A stretch of DNA of 64,000 nt, from assembly GCA_038496445.1 (NCBI GenBank), contig JALMLS010000268.1:1-64000 (forward strand), given 5' to 3'. Within the stretch, counting starts at the first letter, position 1. Every line of letters begins with the position of its first letter. The notes under the pieces are model-generated. The model was given only the letters and a program-made list of their open reading frames with translations, was not told the DNA's origin and did not search any database. Shown here piece after piece: positions 23,162-36,173 of the stretch. The translations under genes were made by a program, and so were the position numbers. The DNA is from Trichosphaerium sp. ATCC 40318 (taxonomy: Eukaryota > Protista > Tubulinea).

Positions 23162-25513
23162 TTACCAAGCATTACGGAGTCTAGATGATACATATTCATA
23201 AGCTAAGAAACCAGTAGCATTTGAAGGAAAAGCTCTAGCAACACAAGGTATAAAACCACGCCAAAGACCACGCCAACCGTTTGCTTTAACAATCTGTTTG
23301 TAAGCATCGATTATTCTACCATCAAAAGGAAGAACTAAGAAGTAAATAGAGTAAGTTAATGGGTCACGTGCTGAAACTTGTTGTTTGACATGAAATGAAA
23401 AAATTAACAACAAAAAAGTTTTGGTACCTTGTTTGTACTTTGAAGGTTTGTTGTGAGGTTCTGCTTGTAGTTTTGATTTTATAACATCTAAAGGGTAACT
23501 AACTACCCATGCACTTATACCAGCAATACCACCTATAATAAAAAAATAATGAGAAAGCGAACGATTAAATAAGTTTTTTCATAGCTAAAACTATTTTTAC
23601 GACGCACCTGCAAACATGAGTTGGTACGGCTTTAGATCATCTTCTGTTTGACCTGGCCGTATCATCATCTTTCTGATACTCTCGTAGGCATAGAACTGAG
23701 CAGCATACGCTAGGAATAGACTTAGTCTTTTATAACCATGCCTAAACAACACTCGTTTTTCTCCTTAACTTTACCTGGAACTTCACGATATATGGTAGAT
23801 GACATGCCCATGAACAAACCTCTCGGTCCTTGTTCGCGTAATATTTGACTCATACAATCCATAGGTCCTCTATATAACTCCTTTGCAACTGTCTTACCGT
23901 ATTGTACTTGCAAACGCGTTTTGATCAATTCAACTGGACCAACAACAAATGAGTTAACAAATCCTGCCCAAGATGCTGCAAGAAGCAATTGAAATGTAGT
24001 AATCTCTTTGTTTTCTTCTGTAAGACTAAGAGTTAATGATTAGTAGATGAATTTCAACAACAAAAAAGAGATTGAGAATTAGGAAAAAAAAATGCAGAAA
24101 AGACGTACAATCGTTTTGCTGATCCATAAGATGCAAATACAACAGCATTGATAACAGGAACAGTTGCTAAAGGTGATCCCATACCTGTAATATTATTGTT
24201 TGAATAAACTTTCTTTTACTACTACCAGTAGTAGGTACCCTTGTATAGTCCAAAAAACTTAAAAAAACCCGTAAGCAAAACATTGTTGGTTGCACGTGAA
24301 AAATTCAACAGTTGATTTTTATGAAAACAAAGACGTACTCCTTCTTTTCTGATAGTTTGTGCAATACAATCAAACAATCCATTGAATTGGCCCGGAGGAC
24401 ATGTCTGTAGCCGTACTTTAATTGTATCGAAGGGATGTCCAACCTTTTATTTTCTTAGTATTCTTGTCTTCATGGTAGTATATCAAAAATGCTGCGTACC
24501 AAAGTAATAGCTACACCAGCAGCTGTACCAGCAATAAAATCTTGAGAATCTGTCAACTCTACGCAAAATGTCAATGAGAAATGATTTACAAGACAAACTC
24601 AACCAATCAACTAATTAATTATGTCATGTTTCTTGCCTTGAGATTTTGGAATAGCTTCTCTACTAGATCTCCACCATGTTGTAAGGAAAGGAAGCGGATG
24701 AGGGTGGAATGTATTCTCATAATCAGCAAGGTATATAGTAAGAAAGTCTTGGATTGATAGTAACCCTTTATTATCACCAGACGATGCCTTCTCTATCATT
24801 GCTTGCACTTCAGCCTGTTTTCATAAAAGTCAAACATACGGCAAAAAAAACAATGAAAGATTCATCTCACCATTGATGGAGTGAATCCTGCTTCCTCGAG
24901 CGATGATTGTAGATCCTGAGGTAATAGATGGGCTCCTTTACCATTTGCTAGTTTGTAAAATATGGTAGTGCCCAAAAATAAGCTAGAAGGGGAGTGTTAA
25001 CCTTTGTTTTATTTAATGACTTGATACTTGCCTATAAAATTCATAAAAATCAATCTGAGTTGAGCTTGAAATGGTAGACGCGCGTACTACGTCTCGGAGT
25101 TCGTCCTATCATTTTGTTAATGTTCTGTCATCAAACAAAGCAAAAATAGATAAAACCGCTCGTTACGCAACTAATTAGCGTGTAGATAACGAAGCAGGAG
25201 GTAAAACGTACATTGGGTACCGGGACATTCAAATCATGTAATGCGGCGCCTAACTCTGGTATTGTCACTGTGTGAGACTTCCTACCCATATGCGTCACGA
25301 ACGCATCAAATGCCTGCGTTTGTTTTTAGTATGCTTTGCTGAACTGCTCAAAGGAGCTATATGGCACTAGTACGTTACCTGTTGTACTAATGGGCCTCCT
25401 CTACTTGACACTGTCTCTTTCACTTTCAACGGATCGAAATCATTCCTGCTCGCGATTGCGTCGTCCACCACGCGTTGCGAGGGTACGACAGCTTCGTTTG
25501 CTTCACTTGCCAT
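23162..25513 (-). CDS. Mitochondrial carrier (carnitine/basic amino acid clade) with N-terminal degenerate EF-hand region
   Basis: Three PxDxxK-type motifs ([33 protein letters not shown]), [28 protein letters not shown]; upstream exons are calmodulin-like; the carrier part has no ATG of its own. Confidence 0.8.
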
Positions 25514-25672
25514 GATGTTTAGCGGTTGTCCATCTGTTATGTATAGCCGTCAACCACTGACTTGTGCAGTAACTATCGATTGTATATCAAGACTAAGAAG
25601 CAGTGTTGACTCGAATTTCAGTCAGCGAAAAAAAATACACTCATAATACTATTGTTGTCAGTTACGCACAGT

Positions 25673-26453
25673 ATGGAGAAGCATGTCATTGTTGTACGTT
25701 AATAAAACGTCTATTCGCGCTTATAAGCTTAAAGTTTGGCATTGGAGGCGCAACAAGCTCTGGAAAGAGTACCATAACGAAGCTGCTTCGAGATGAAAAC
25801 GGTACGCCTTTAGCATTTAAAAATGCTAACTTTCGCTAGATTGCATAGTAATAAGTATGGATGACTATTTTAAAGAGTCTCTGTCAGAATTTGTTGAAAT
25901 AGGGCCAAGGTATTCATAAATTACCATCTAACCAATTAAAACAATTAGAACTGCAAACTTTGAGACCCCAGAAGGCATAGATTTTGATAAACTGAATAAA
26001 GCCATAAAAGCAGCTAAACAACGTGCTCTTTCCGATGACAAGCGTATTATTATTGTAGAAGGGTTTCTATTGTACTATAACACAGATACTATTGGTTTAC
26101 TAGACGCCAAGGTGCGCATAAACAACCTTCAAAAGTGGGAACGCTAAAATGCTAACAAAACTATAGATCATGCTAAGCGTGTCAAAGGAGACGTGCCTTT
26201 CGCGTAGATTAGGGCGCCGTGAGCGATCTGAGGAGAACACACAACATTTTTGTAAATACTTTGAAGAGTACGATTGGGTCTGATGTATTGTTTGATACTA
26301 ATAGTGTATAGGTACATCTGGCCAAGCTACCAGCTATACAACAAGCTTGCTTTTGAGCGTAAAGACATAATCGTCATAGACGCAAATAAATCGCTTGAAT
26401 CTGTCTTAGCAGAAGCACGAGCGCTTCTCAGCGCGTCACAATCACAAACATAA
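25673..26453 (+). CDS. Nicotinamide riboside kinase / uridine kinase family P-loop kinase
   Basis: GIGGATSSGKST, ISMDDYFK, NFETPEGIDF, IIIVEGFLLY, CLSRR, YFEEYIWPSY. Confidence 0.85.
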
Positions 26454-26541
26454 ACACATGAGCCCAGTGTAATATCGCAATTGAACAATTTTGTTGTCTA
26501 ACCAAAAAAACAACGTGGAGCTTTTCAGAAACAAAAGTACG

Positions 26542-27943
26542 TCATAATACTACTTCATTTACATAACATGAATCTAGGGTTCTACTCCAACGATAACTTG
26601 CTTCATAATTTGATGATCTCTCCAAATACTGTGAGAATTCTTGAAGAAACTTATTGTATAGTTCCTCAGGTACAAACGCCGATAACTGTGGTTGTAGTCC
26701 AAACAGACAGTAATAAACTACAGACCACTCACGTTTTGTTGCGAGTACCATATTACTTAAGTTATTCGCAATAGCGTCAAGAGGAAAAGCTACAAAAGAA
26801 ATTAATTGGTTGAATTCTTTTTTTTTTTTGAAACGCGAAATGACATTTTGACGCCTGTCATTTTGTTTCATGAATTTTTGAATGCTTTCGTACCTTTTTT
26901 TTCATTTTTAATGACGTTGAGTAACCCATATCTTAGTTCGTTATAAACACTTTCTCTAAGCTCTTTTATACCTAGAGATTTATCTGTAATACATTGCAAT
27001 GACGACCAGTCGTCAAGTATTATTTGTTTGTCATACTCTGTTGATTGCTGTCCATTGTCATGCCCTGTTCCTAATACTTATAAGATTTCTTAGATAGTTG
27101 TTATCTATGCAACGTACCTTGGGGTAAAGTATACCAATATTCCTTCATACGATTACCATAGGCTGTCCAAAGAAGTGGTTCAAGAAATTCTACGAATTTC
27201 GTAAAATTAACAGGAAATGTTTGAAATGATTCAATTGGAGACCCACTTTGGGCCCAGTAGTGAGCCCATAAGCTCATACTTTGCTCATGTATCCATTTTT
27301 TAGTAGCATGAGGATAAATAATCAAGAGCTTTACAACGTGAAGTTGAAATTCAGTTACTCCGCCTAAGAAATTTTTAATTAGTTTTCATCAGTCAAACAT
27401 AATAGCGAACCTTTGAAAGGGCCGTTACTACGTAGTATTGTGTACCAACCTTTACGTATAGACGTATCTATCGGTTGGAGTTGTACTTTAAGGGTATTGG
27501 CTACTGAATACATGTGAATTCCTGTTGGTAAGCGCTTATTCCATTGTCTCTTTGAAAGAGCCGTTAACGCTCTTCTCTCGTCACAGGGAAGGTGCTGGCG
27601 TATTTCTAAAAGCATCTCGTCTGGTAACTCGCTAAACGAGATAAATTAGTTTAACTCTGTGAATCTAAAGTTAAAGCCTAGAACGTACCAAACACATCCT
27701 AACAGGTTACTACGGGTTTGTCTACAAAGAAAAACACGTTAGCACTAAAGCGAGTTTACAAAACCTGTTTACCTTCTCTTTCGCAAGCAAGAAGTACGAA
27801 GTGTTGTTTGCAACTATTGTGAAGGTTAGGTTTAGAATTAACCTTCAGTTCACTTTTAAATGCAAATCAGTCTACAAAAACCGTACACTACTATAACGTT
27901 GTGAATTATTATCTGAGGAAGCTGTATTGTTGACGTGATGCAT
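26542..27943 (-). CDS. F-box protein with unknown C-terminal domain
   Basis: FSELPDEMLLEIRQHLPCDERRALTALSK followed by spliced exons 27379-27615, 27101-27325 and 26542-; start approximate. Confidence 0.6.
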
Positions 27944-28774
27944 GATACTATTATCCGACGGAAAAATGTCTGTAAAAAAGGCGGAACATTTGTTTTTTTC
28001 CCGTATTTCCACACATCACGTGATACGTTCATGATAAGTGTTATCGATGAAATAAATACCTGATAGCGCGATAGAATAGTTTATTTCGAAACATACTTGA
28101 TTTGGAGCGACTATTTTCACTTCATACGCGATTAGGCAATGTTATGCGCTAGCACTTTTTTTGCGATTTCTTAAAACACATAAGTTGTGTCAAAAATAAC
28201 GTGGTCTTAGGAAAAAAGTGTTTTTTGTACTACATTCTGCGTTTGTCAAGCTTGTACACAAGCGCTATTGTACTGACTAGTGAAAGAGAAATCACTAGTT
28301 GATGTCAAAAGAATTGAAAGAATAGTTGTAAAGCGATTGAGATTTTATATTTGTACAAAAGGGGTACTAGATAGCTTATCCTAGTATTTATAAATAGACT
28401 TGAAATATAATTCCGCAATTATGTTTTTTTTAATTGCAGAGATTTCTTTTGATCTAAGCACTTCAAGCAAAGCAGCTACATATTTCTCAATCTCGTATAT
28501 TTGCCGTTATTTTAGCGTCGGGTTGTTGGTACAACTCTAAGATCAGCTGTTAAATGGCCACGCATATTCCAGGTAAGTCTATCAAGACCAGATTTTTTAA
28601 ATTGGAAGTTTAAAAACAAACATCGCTTTCCGCGCCAAGAAATAATTGTTTGGTGAATTGAGTATGAACCTTATGTGACAATCGTATTCTCGACGTCAGT
28701 TTTTTACTTGAATTGAACTTTTCTTTGAAAACAGTTACTATTGTTGTCATCACAAAAACACAAACATCGAAACA

Positions 28775-29767
28775 ATGTCACAAGCTTCTCTATTTAGCTT
28801 TTTTAATCAATTTTTTAACCCTAAACACCATGTAAGTACTAAATATCTTCTAATAAGTAACTAATAGTAACTTACAAAGCCTTGCTATTTGTTGTCCCTT
28901 CCGGTTGAGCTACTTCTTGATATCGCCGATTTAGATCATGAAATGTATTTAAAGCTACCTCTTTTATCAAAATACACAGCAACTTCAACAAGGTTTGATG
29001 GCGACATTAAAAAGCATGGCAAATGGTTGAAAAAAACCCCTGCAGGCCAATTGTTTGAGCAATGTAGCTATGTCAATGGTAAAACAGAAGGATATCACAA
29101 AAAGTGGCATCGAAATGGTAACATAGTCAATGAGTGTACATATGTCAATGGTAAACTTGAAGGATTGTCCAAAAATTGGTATCCAAATGGTCAAATGTCC
29201 ATTCAATCAACCTATATCAACGATGTTCTTGATGGAGAGTATAATGAATGGTATGACAATGGTCAAATGTACAACCAATGTCATTACGTGAGTGGTATAC
29301 TTGAAGGGGAGTTTAAGAAGTGGACAAAGAAGGGATTTTTGTATTGTAAGAGTAATTACTCAAATGGTAAACTTGATGGAGAATTCAAACATAAGTATGT
29401 CACAAATCGCCTTTCAAAGTTGTATAATTATACTAATGGTGAGCTTGATGGAGAGTACAAGGAGTGGTATACAAATGGCAATATGGCAATACAATGTACA
29501 TATGTTAATGGGGAACAACACGGAGAAGTAAAAGTATGGCATAATAATGGTACACTAAAAGAGTTGTATACTTGTGTACATTGCAAAAAGAATGGAGAAT
29601 ATAAGGCATGGTATAAAGATGGGGTATTAAAACAACATAGTCATTATGTAAATGGTATAGTAGAAGGAGAGTACAAGATGTGGAATGTAATTGGGTATTT
29701 AATTGTGCATAACATGTACGCACATGGCAAAATTGTAGTTGAGAATAAAATTAACTATGTACCATAG
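28775..29767 (+). CDS. F-box-like + MORN-variant repeat protein, copy B
   Basis: Exon 1 28775-28831, intron 28832-28879, exon 2 in frame with ORF 28889-29767; inverted near-identical paralogue of copy A. Confidence 0.88.
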
Positions 29768-30612
29768 TCAATAATTAAAAATCGACTAAAATTAGATTGC
29801 AACACTTTGTATAAAACAACCTAAAAGCATTAATTGTAAAAGTTAATAAATTACAAGTACGACACTGCAAATCCAAATGAAGAGCTTTCTCCACAGCATA
29901 AGTGCCACGAAAAAAAGTGCGCCCGTTTCAGATGAAAGCATAAACGGAGGTCACACAAGTCTAACGTATTAACATCCTGCTTCGTTTAAAAACAAACGTC
30001 AAACTCATTACCTATAATACATTGTTATTTGAGAGTAGATTTATGTGCAAATGGGAATAGTATTCTGTTAAAATGAGTTAATAGATCTCACTTTGATTCG
30101 CCGTGCTAGTTCATAAAAAACTGCTAGAATTCTTGCTTCAATTACGCTGCACTAATGGCAGTATACAGGTGATTGTGATGAAGTATGTATGCATTTAATG
30201 TAATGAAGCACTTTGGAGCTTAGCACTATGCTTCATGCAGCACCTGTTGGTGCACAGTACTCATAGTTACTGTTAATACTGCGAACTATCCTGGTACAGG
30301 GGCTTTAGCATTGGCAAGGTCATTGTAGCTAAAATTATGACGAAAGAACGTATTGAGAAAATGTTGAAAGAATCAACTTATCGCTTCTTTATTAGAAGCT
30401 TTTGGCAGTTGACAATACACTGATTTTTGTTTGTAATACATTGTTCTGTAGGTTGTCCTTGACAGACAATAGATAGAAAAAGTAGTTATGCCCAACGTTT
30501 CATGACAGTTATTTTTTGTTTGTTCATAAAATCATGACTCTCAAGAGTAGTCCATCTGTGGTTGTCTGAGCCAAACTAAGATACGGATCTACTTCAAGGT
30601 TGTCAATATCAG

Positions 30613-32543
30613 TTATATCCCATATCCATAAAAATCATCGTCATCACTACCATATGCTTGCGCAGAAAATACCGAATTTGTTAAATCTGCACGTGTAAAG
30701 GGATTCTGCCTTTTGAACTCTTTCATTGTACTTTTAAACATTGATACACTAAGTAGCTCGTTCCATTGATGGCAAACTCTCCTAGATATACCCATACTGC
30801 GTGGATCCAGATTTTTGAATATGATTAGTGTCACTTCAGGAGGAAATGTGAGATGAGAACTGAAGCTTGGTTCAACTTTGAATCGCCAAGATTTTGCCCA
30901 AACTTGCTTGAAGTTATCAGAAGGCTTATACCCCGGAATCTCATTATTTAAAGGCTTGATACTTTCTAGGTGTACTCGCTTTTGATCTCCTGTAACCCAC
31001 TGGTTAAATGTATCAGCAAGCCTATCGAGAAGCAATTCTTTCACTCCTTCAATACGTCTCACTGTTGCAAAGTAATCTATCAACGGGTGAGCACATAGGG
31101 TATTCTTATACAGAACATACCCACTACAGGTGTCATAGGTGTAGCCTTTTCGCAGAGAACCTTTCTCAGTGCAGATCGCTAAACGTGTTAATAAGGGTAG
31201 CCACAAGGCATCACATACTACGAGTCTAGAGCGCCATTTTTGTTCAAACTCTTTTGGTAGTAGTTTCCTATGAAGAGACTTAAAGGGATATTAAAGCTTG
31301 ATGTCGTACTTTAATGCTTCATTCGCTACTTGGTAAACGGTGTCAATATTAGAGGCTACGCGACGATTCACTTTGCCTCCTTTGTCAGCTATAGATAGTA
31401 TCGTTAAGTATACTAAAACCTTTGGAGACACATTATGCTGCAATAACAGACTGGAGAGCTGAACCTCTAAAGCTACACGAATGGCATCAAATTCGCGCAG
31501 ATGTATAACATTGCGGATGGAACTGCGAAATGTTTCTACTCGGTTATATCTCATCAGTTGCCATATATACAACGGGTATATTTTCGACGCTATGTTGCTT
31601 CCTATCTTCCATTCCTTTTTAGTAAACTTCAAGCGAGTGTTGGTACTTTTGATTTTAACGACATAACCTAAAAAATCACGTGTGAAAAGCGAGAATTTGG
31701 AGTACATTTACGGTACCTTCTGTATTTATACTCTTATCGTTTATCTTATTGCGAAGCTCTTTTAGACTCATTTCAATGGGAGAGATACATTTGACGCCAA
31801 GAAATTCTGCTATTTTTTGGACTTTGTTAAGGTCTTTCTCTAATCCGTTATGGTCGTAGACTGACAACAATACACAACCTAAAACATCCTTAGTAATACT
31901 AAAGTGGTAACATGGATTACTAATACCTTCGAAATTGTAGTCTACAACTACAGTATTTTCTTTATAAATTGCTTCAAACACATACGAAAATCCGTCTTTC
32001 ATGCACCCAATTTTTGCATTTTTTTGTAGCCATTTCTTAGCCCAAATAGCTTGCTTTGATCCCATATTTCCTTTTGTCGTAGCCATGAGTTGCCCGTGCC
32101 ATAGAAACGCTACAATCATTGACCCTTTTTCGAAGAACTTTGTTAAAACGATCTTTTTAAAAAACACGTGTACCATCAAATTTTTCGGTAACTTCAAGTA
32201 CCTCACCATACAGTTTTGATTCTTCTTTGGAGGTATATTGAAAGAACTTTTGGAACCCATGTGCGACAACTCTCTCAGAGACTTTATGAATTACTAGCGC
32301 TCTACATATGTTGCCTACTGCGTTTGGCTCGTTTGGAGAAAGAGAACCATAGTTGTACCGATACACCTCTAAACCAGTGCTGCCATGTAGTCTACAACTT
32401 ATAGCTAGCGATAGTTAACTAATGGAGCACTAGATGTCCTAAAGAGTCTTCTAACCGTTGTTTTTGACAGCTTCATCTAGACGCTCAACGAGGGTTTTAA
32501 AGGGTATTATTCTTGATGGATGAACGCTGGTATGTGTTGACAT
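30613..32543 (-). CDS. T4 Rnl1-type RNA ligase fused to a C-terminal F-box
   Basis: Nucleotidyltransferase motifs across exons: YRYNY, ICRALV, FQKFF, TEKFDG|SM (I), VFEAI (III), VLLSV (IIIa), TEG|YVV (IV), RLKF (V); an in-frame intron at about 31268-31309 joins the last exon containing LTFPPEVTLIIFKNLDPRSMGISRRVCHQWNELL. Confidence 0.85.
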
Positions 32544-32914
32544 GGTGCTACAAAGTATAGATACTCGTCGCTTGCAGCGATTAAGTTTTTTGTTCATTAA
32601 GTGTATGTTTGTATGTGATGCACTAGCATTGTCATAAGCTGACTAATCTTGTAATTCTCCTTAGTCTCAAACATCTGTCAACCACGGTTTGTAGCCCTTG
32701 AATTATAATAGAGGGTTTCTATTGATTAGTTTACTGACCGTGCGTTCTACAACAGACTGTGAGCATTTTGTTGTTTGTAAATTGTTTCGCGGAGTTGAAC
32801 ACAGATTTTGTACAGAACAAACTTTCTCTTTTTTTTCTTGTTAGACTGTTATTGACTTTAGGTACTTTAGTTGTGAAAACGAGAAAGCTTCAATAGCCAC
32901 AATATTGATTAATT

Positions 32915-34194
32915 ATGGGTTCAAAAGAGTCTAAGAACCGCAGAGAGAAAACAAGCGCACGAGGAAAACAATCACATACTAATTGGCCTGCAACGCTCTT
33001 TAATGATAGAACACTACACGAAATGGGTATTTCTGATACAAACAATCCGGAAATTCTACAAAATAGCCAAATACAGCCAACAATGATGAACAAGACAAGA
33101 AATGGACGAGGAGATTGTATTGAAGAAATAAAAGAGTCGCTGGCTGAAAACGACCATCAAAACGAGGCATTAGAGTATTCAGACTGGATAGTCGTTAAAG
33201 AAGGAGAAGAAGTACTGTTAGATCTCTTTCCAGTAGAGATATGGGACTTAATCTTGTCATACCTAACACCACAACAACGTGCATTATCTTGTATTGTATC
33301 ACGTGATTTTCACATGCTATGTACTAAATAATGTCATATCAAAAGTATCTTGGATTGATGACGATGTTTTTATTTTTGGAGGGAATGCCATGGCTGGGAT
33401 TATTCGATTACCTAATTCTGAGGTGATTCAAGAATTCAAGGTAAGTTGTTCTTTATATAAACATGCGGCGAGAAATCAAACATCCTTTCTTTGTTTGTCT
33501 GTTTGTGCAGAATGATTGTCCTAACACTTTTTCTCCAAGTTGCCAGTCACAACCCGAGGAAATGCAAGTGGTATTGTATCAGGTGTTAGTTATAACAATG
33601 GTAGAGTGCTTCTAGCTGCAAGAGAAGGGACAATGGCAATTTATGATGTTGAAAAAAATGAATCCATTTGGATAGGTCCTGTTTCTTCAATGAGTGATGT
33701 TGAAACAAGCGCAACTTGGTGTGATGAAAACGTATTCAGTGTAGCTTTGTGTCCTCGTCAAAAACAAGGAAACATGCATATTTGGGATTTACGTGCAAAA
33801 CCACGTGTTGCAATAGAACTACCACGTGGACAATTTGCATACAGAGACTGTTTATATTTTTGGGAAAATGAGTTGGTTCTTGCGTCAACACACAGGGTCG
33901 ACTTATATGACATGCAAGCTATCACAAGAACCTTCAAGAAGTGTTCAAGCTCGTAGTGATTGCAAAGGGTATTGTAAGGATGGTGTTATACTGGCAGGAT
34001 CTGATAGAGTTCAAGTCATTGATTTTAAAACACTTGAAGATTTAGCAATATTAGAAACACCAAAGCGTTGTAGTATGGTGTATTCTCTAGGTTGGACAGG
34101 CAGGTATTGTATGGCAAATTGTGGTCACACAGTATTCTTTTGGGATTTTGACGCCAGCACTACTGAAATTATAGACACTACACCAACTGAGTAG
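32915..34194 (+). pseudogene. F-box + WD40-like gene with N-terminal MGSKES myristoylation-type motif; disrupted reading frame
   Basis: F-box LFPVEIWDLILSYLTPQQRALSCIVSRDF; WD-like IYDVE, IWDLR, LYDM, FWDF; frame breaks near 33330 and 33930 with no usable intron (pseudogene or assembly indels). Confidence 0.6.
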
Positions 34195-34842
34195 TACATA
34201 GTGGTTGAAATCAATGATTCCTCCATATTTTGTACTATTAGAACCTGACCAGAGCCTTTCCACAAACCTAAGTCAGCAAGGCAATCTTTGGATAATAGTT
34301 TGAAAGCAAAATGAACATGTGGATTTACAAACTATCACAAAAGCAACAGAATTTTTTCAAAATAAACAGAAATGTTTCACTAAGATGAGCTTGATTTCTG
34401 CTTGCTATCCTGAAACTGTCATTCAATATTGCAGGTTGGTGTATAAGTCTATCCAACTCAAATGCCCAAAATATCTGTCTTCAGTCAAACGATTACCAAG
34501 AAACAAACAAACAGGCCAGTCATGTGTTTTTATTGACCTATTTAAGTTCTTTGTTGTGGTAAGAGATATGACACAATCTATACTAGTATGGTATTGGTAA
34601 TTGCTATAAAATGTGTGTGATATATCAACATGTGTTGGTTACAAGAGGTAGATGGTTATCAGTGGTAGTAGTAATTTAGATTTATTTACTTATTTTTTGA
34701 TTTATTAGATCATTGGAAGTACTTCCATTACCTCAAAAGAAAACCTGACTAGTGTTAGGCGTACAAACGCAGGGATTGAATCTGCTTGACAGTATGAAAT
34801 TGACAGGATCAGCACCTATGACTGTCACAATGTTTTATTTAC

Positions 34843-36173
34843 CTATAGAGATGTGATAACATCTTCTCCTGCTGGACAAGAGAAGTCCAGCGTATATTCA
34901 CCACCATACAATGTATTATCAAATACATGACTACCAATATTTTGTCTTCTTAAACATCCAGTCCATTTCCCAGTCACTGGATCAGATACAGAGATTGAAT
35001 AACTGTGGCCATTTCTATACTTCTTTATACTCCAAAACTTGCCATTGTCTGTATCTACAATACCGTCCTTCTTATCTATTACAGTTGAAGTATTCCGGAG
35101 ATCTATATAAGCAGCGCCATGAGTAGGATAATGAACCGAATGTAGAATAACCATATTGTCTCTGAAAGTTATGCTATTTCTGAGTGTCAAGTTAGATGCT
35201 TTTCTGAATAGCTCTTGTTTTTTCTTTGCCCTCCTATCACGGATCTTTATGCCTCTCTTTTGAACTGCTATTATCATCCTATCGTCATAAGTAACATTAG
35301 AACACATAGCATTCTTGAATCCTACTGAAGATAACCCTGTATTCAAATCAATTATATCAACTTGTCCTTTTGTGTTGAATGTGACACATGAATCTTGATT
35401 ATTGACATAAATTATTGCTTGCCTGTCTTTGAACTTTGGACCAACAGATGTGAATGATGTCTCTCCGTTCTTCATAAAAGATACTTGTTGACTTACTTCT
35501 TTAAAGAACATGATATCACCATTATGTGATCCAAAAAAAGTGGTATCACATAGTTGTGCACCTTTAACTGTCATTACAATTTTTCTTTTTTTACCATCAT
35601 AACAAAAATAATCATATGGCTGTAAAACACGTGCTGCATCATTAAAGGTTGGTTTTACCTTTTTATCACTACTAGGGCGTCTAAATGAAATGTATTTCCC
35701 ATTGACTATGTTGAAAAAGGGTGAGTAATTGTGAGAACAAAGTGAGAATGTAAAGTTGCTTTTTAGCAAAAATAAATTGCTTTGTTAGTTGTTCATACCG
35801 TTTTTACAATAACCTGGTGATGGGCGTTTAGAAATACGACAATTTACCATATTTCTTCTGGCCCTTAATTCATTGCTGATGATACTTTCATTATTTTCAA
35901 AGTCACATACTCTCAGTATGTTTAAAGAGTCTTTGTATCTTTGTTTTTCTATATTGAGCATTTGTAACACCTTGCTTGACATAGTAAGTGACAACCAATC
36001 ATTTACATTTAAGAATGTAGTGACAAAGGTAAGTATTTCTAGTGGCATTGGCGATAAAAAATCTAAAGTAAGTGTCAATAGTGTTTATGTGAAAAAGCTA
36101 AAGTTGTAATTGTACCTTCCCCAGAAGTGTTAATGATTGCTGCATCTGAGAGCACAGCAGGAGTTAATAGCAT
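34843..36173 (-). CDS. F-box protein with beta-propeller-like C-terminus
   Basis: DFLSPMPLEILTFVTTFLNVNDWLSLTMSSK followed by the 34843-35769 exon with WD-like ends (IIDLNTG, IRDRR, YIDLRN). Confidence 0.6.

Noticed and set aside
29860-30560. Possible gene remnant between MORN copy B and the ligase (similarly 34319-34600 and 54070-54480)
   Set aside because: Stop-interrupted with no recognisable homology; cannot be supported.
30613-32543. Functional operon-like link between the RNA ligase and the tRNA-Gly/anticodon-arm units
   Set aside because: They are more than 16 kb apart in a eukaryotic genome with unrelated genes between; nothing in the sequence links them.
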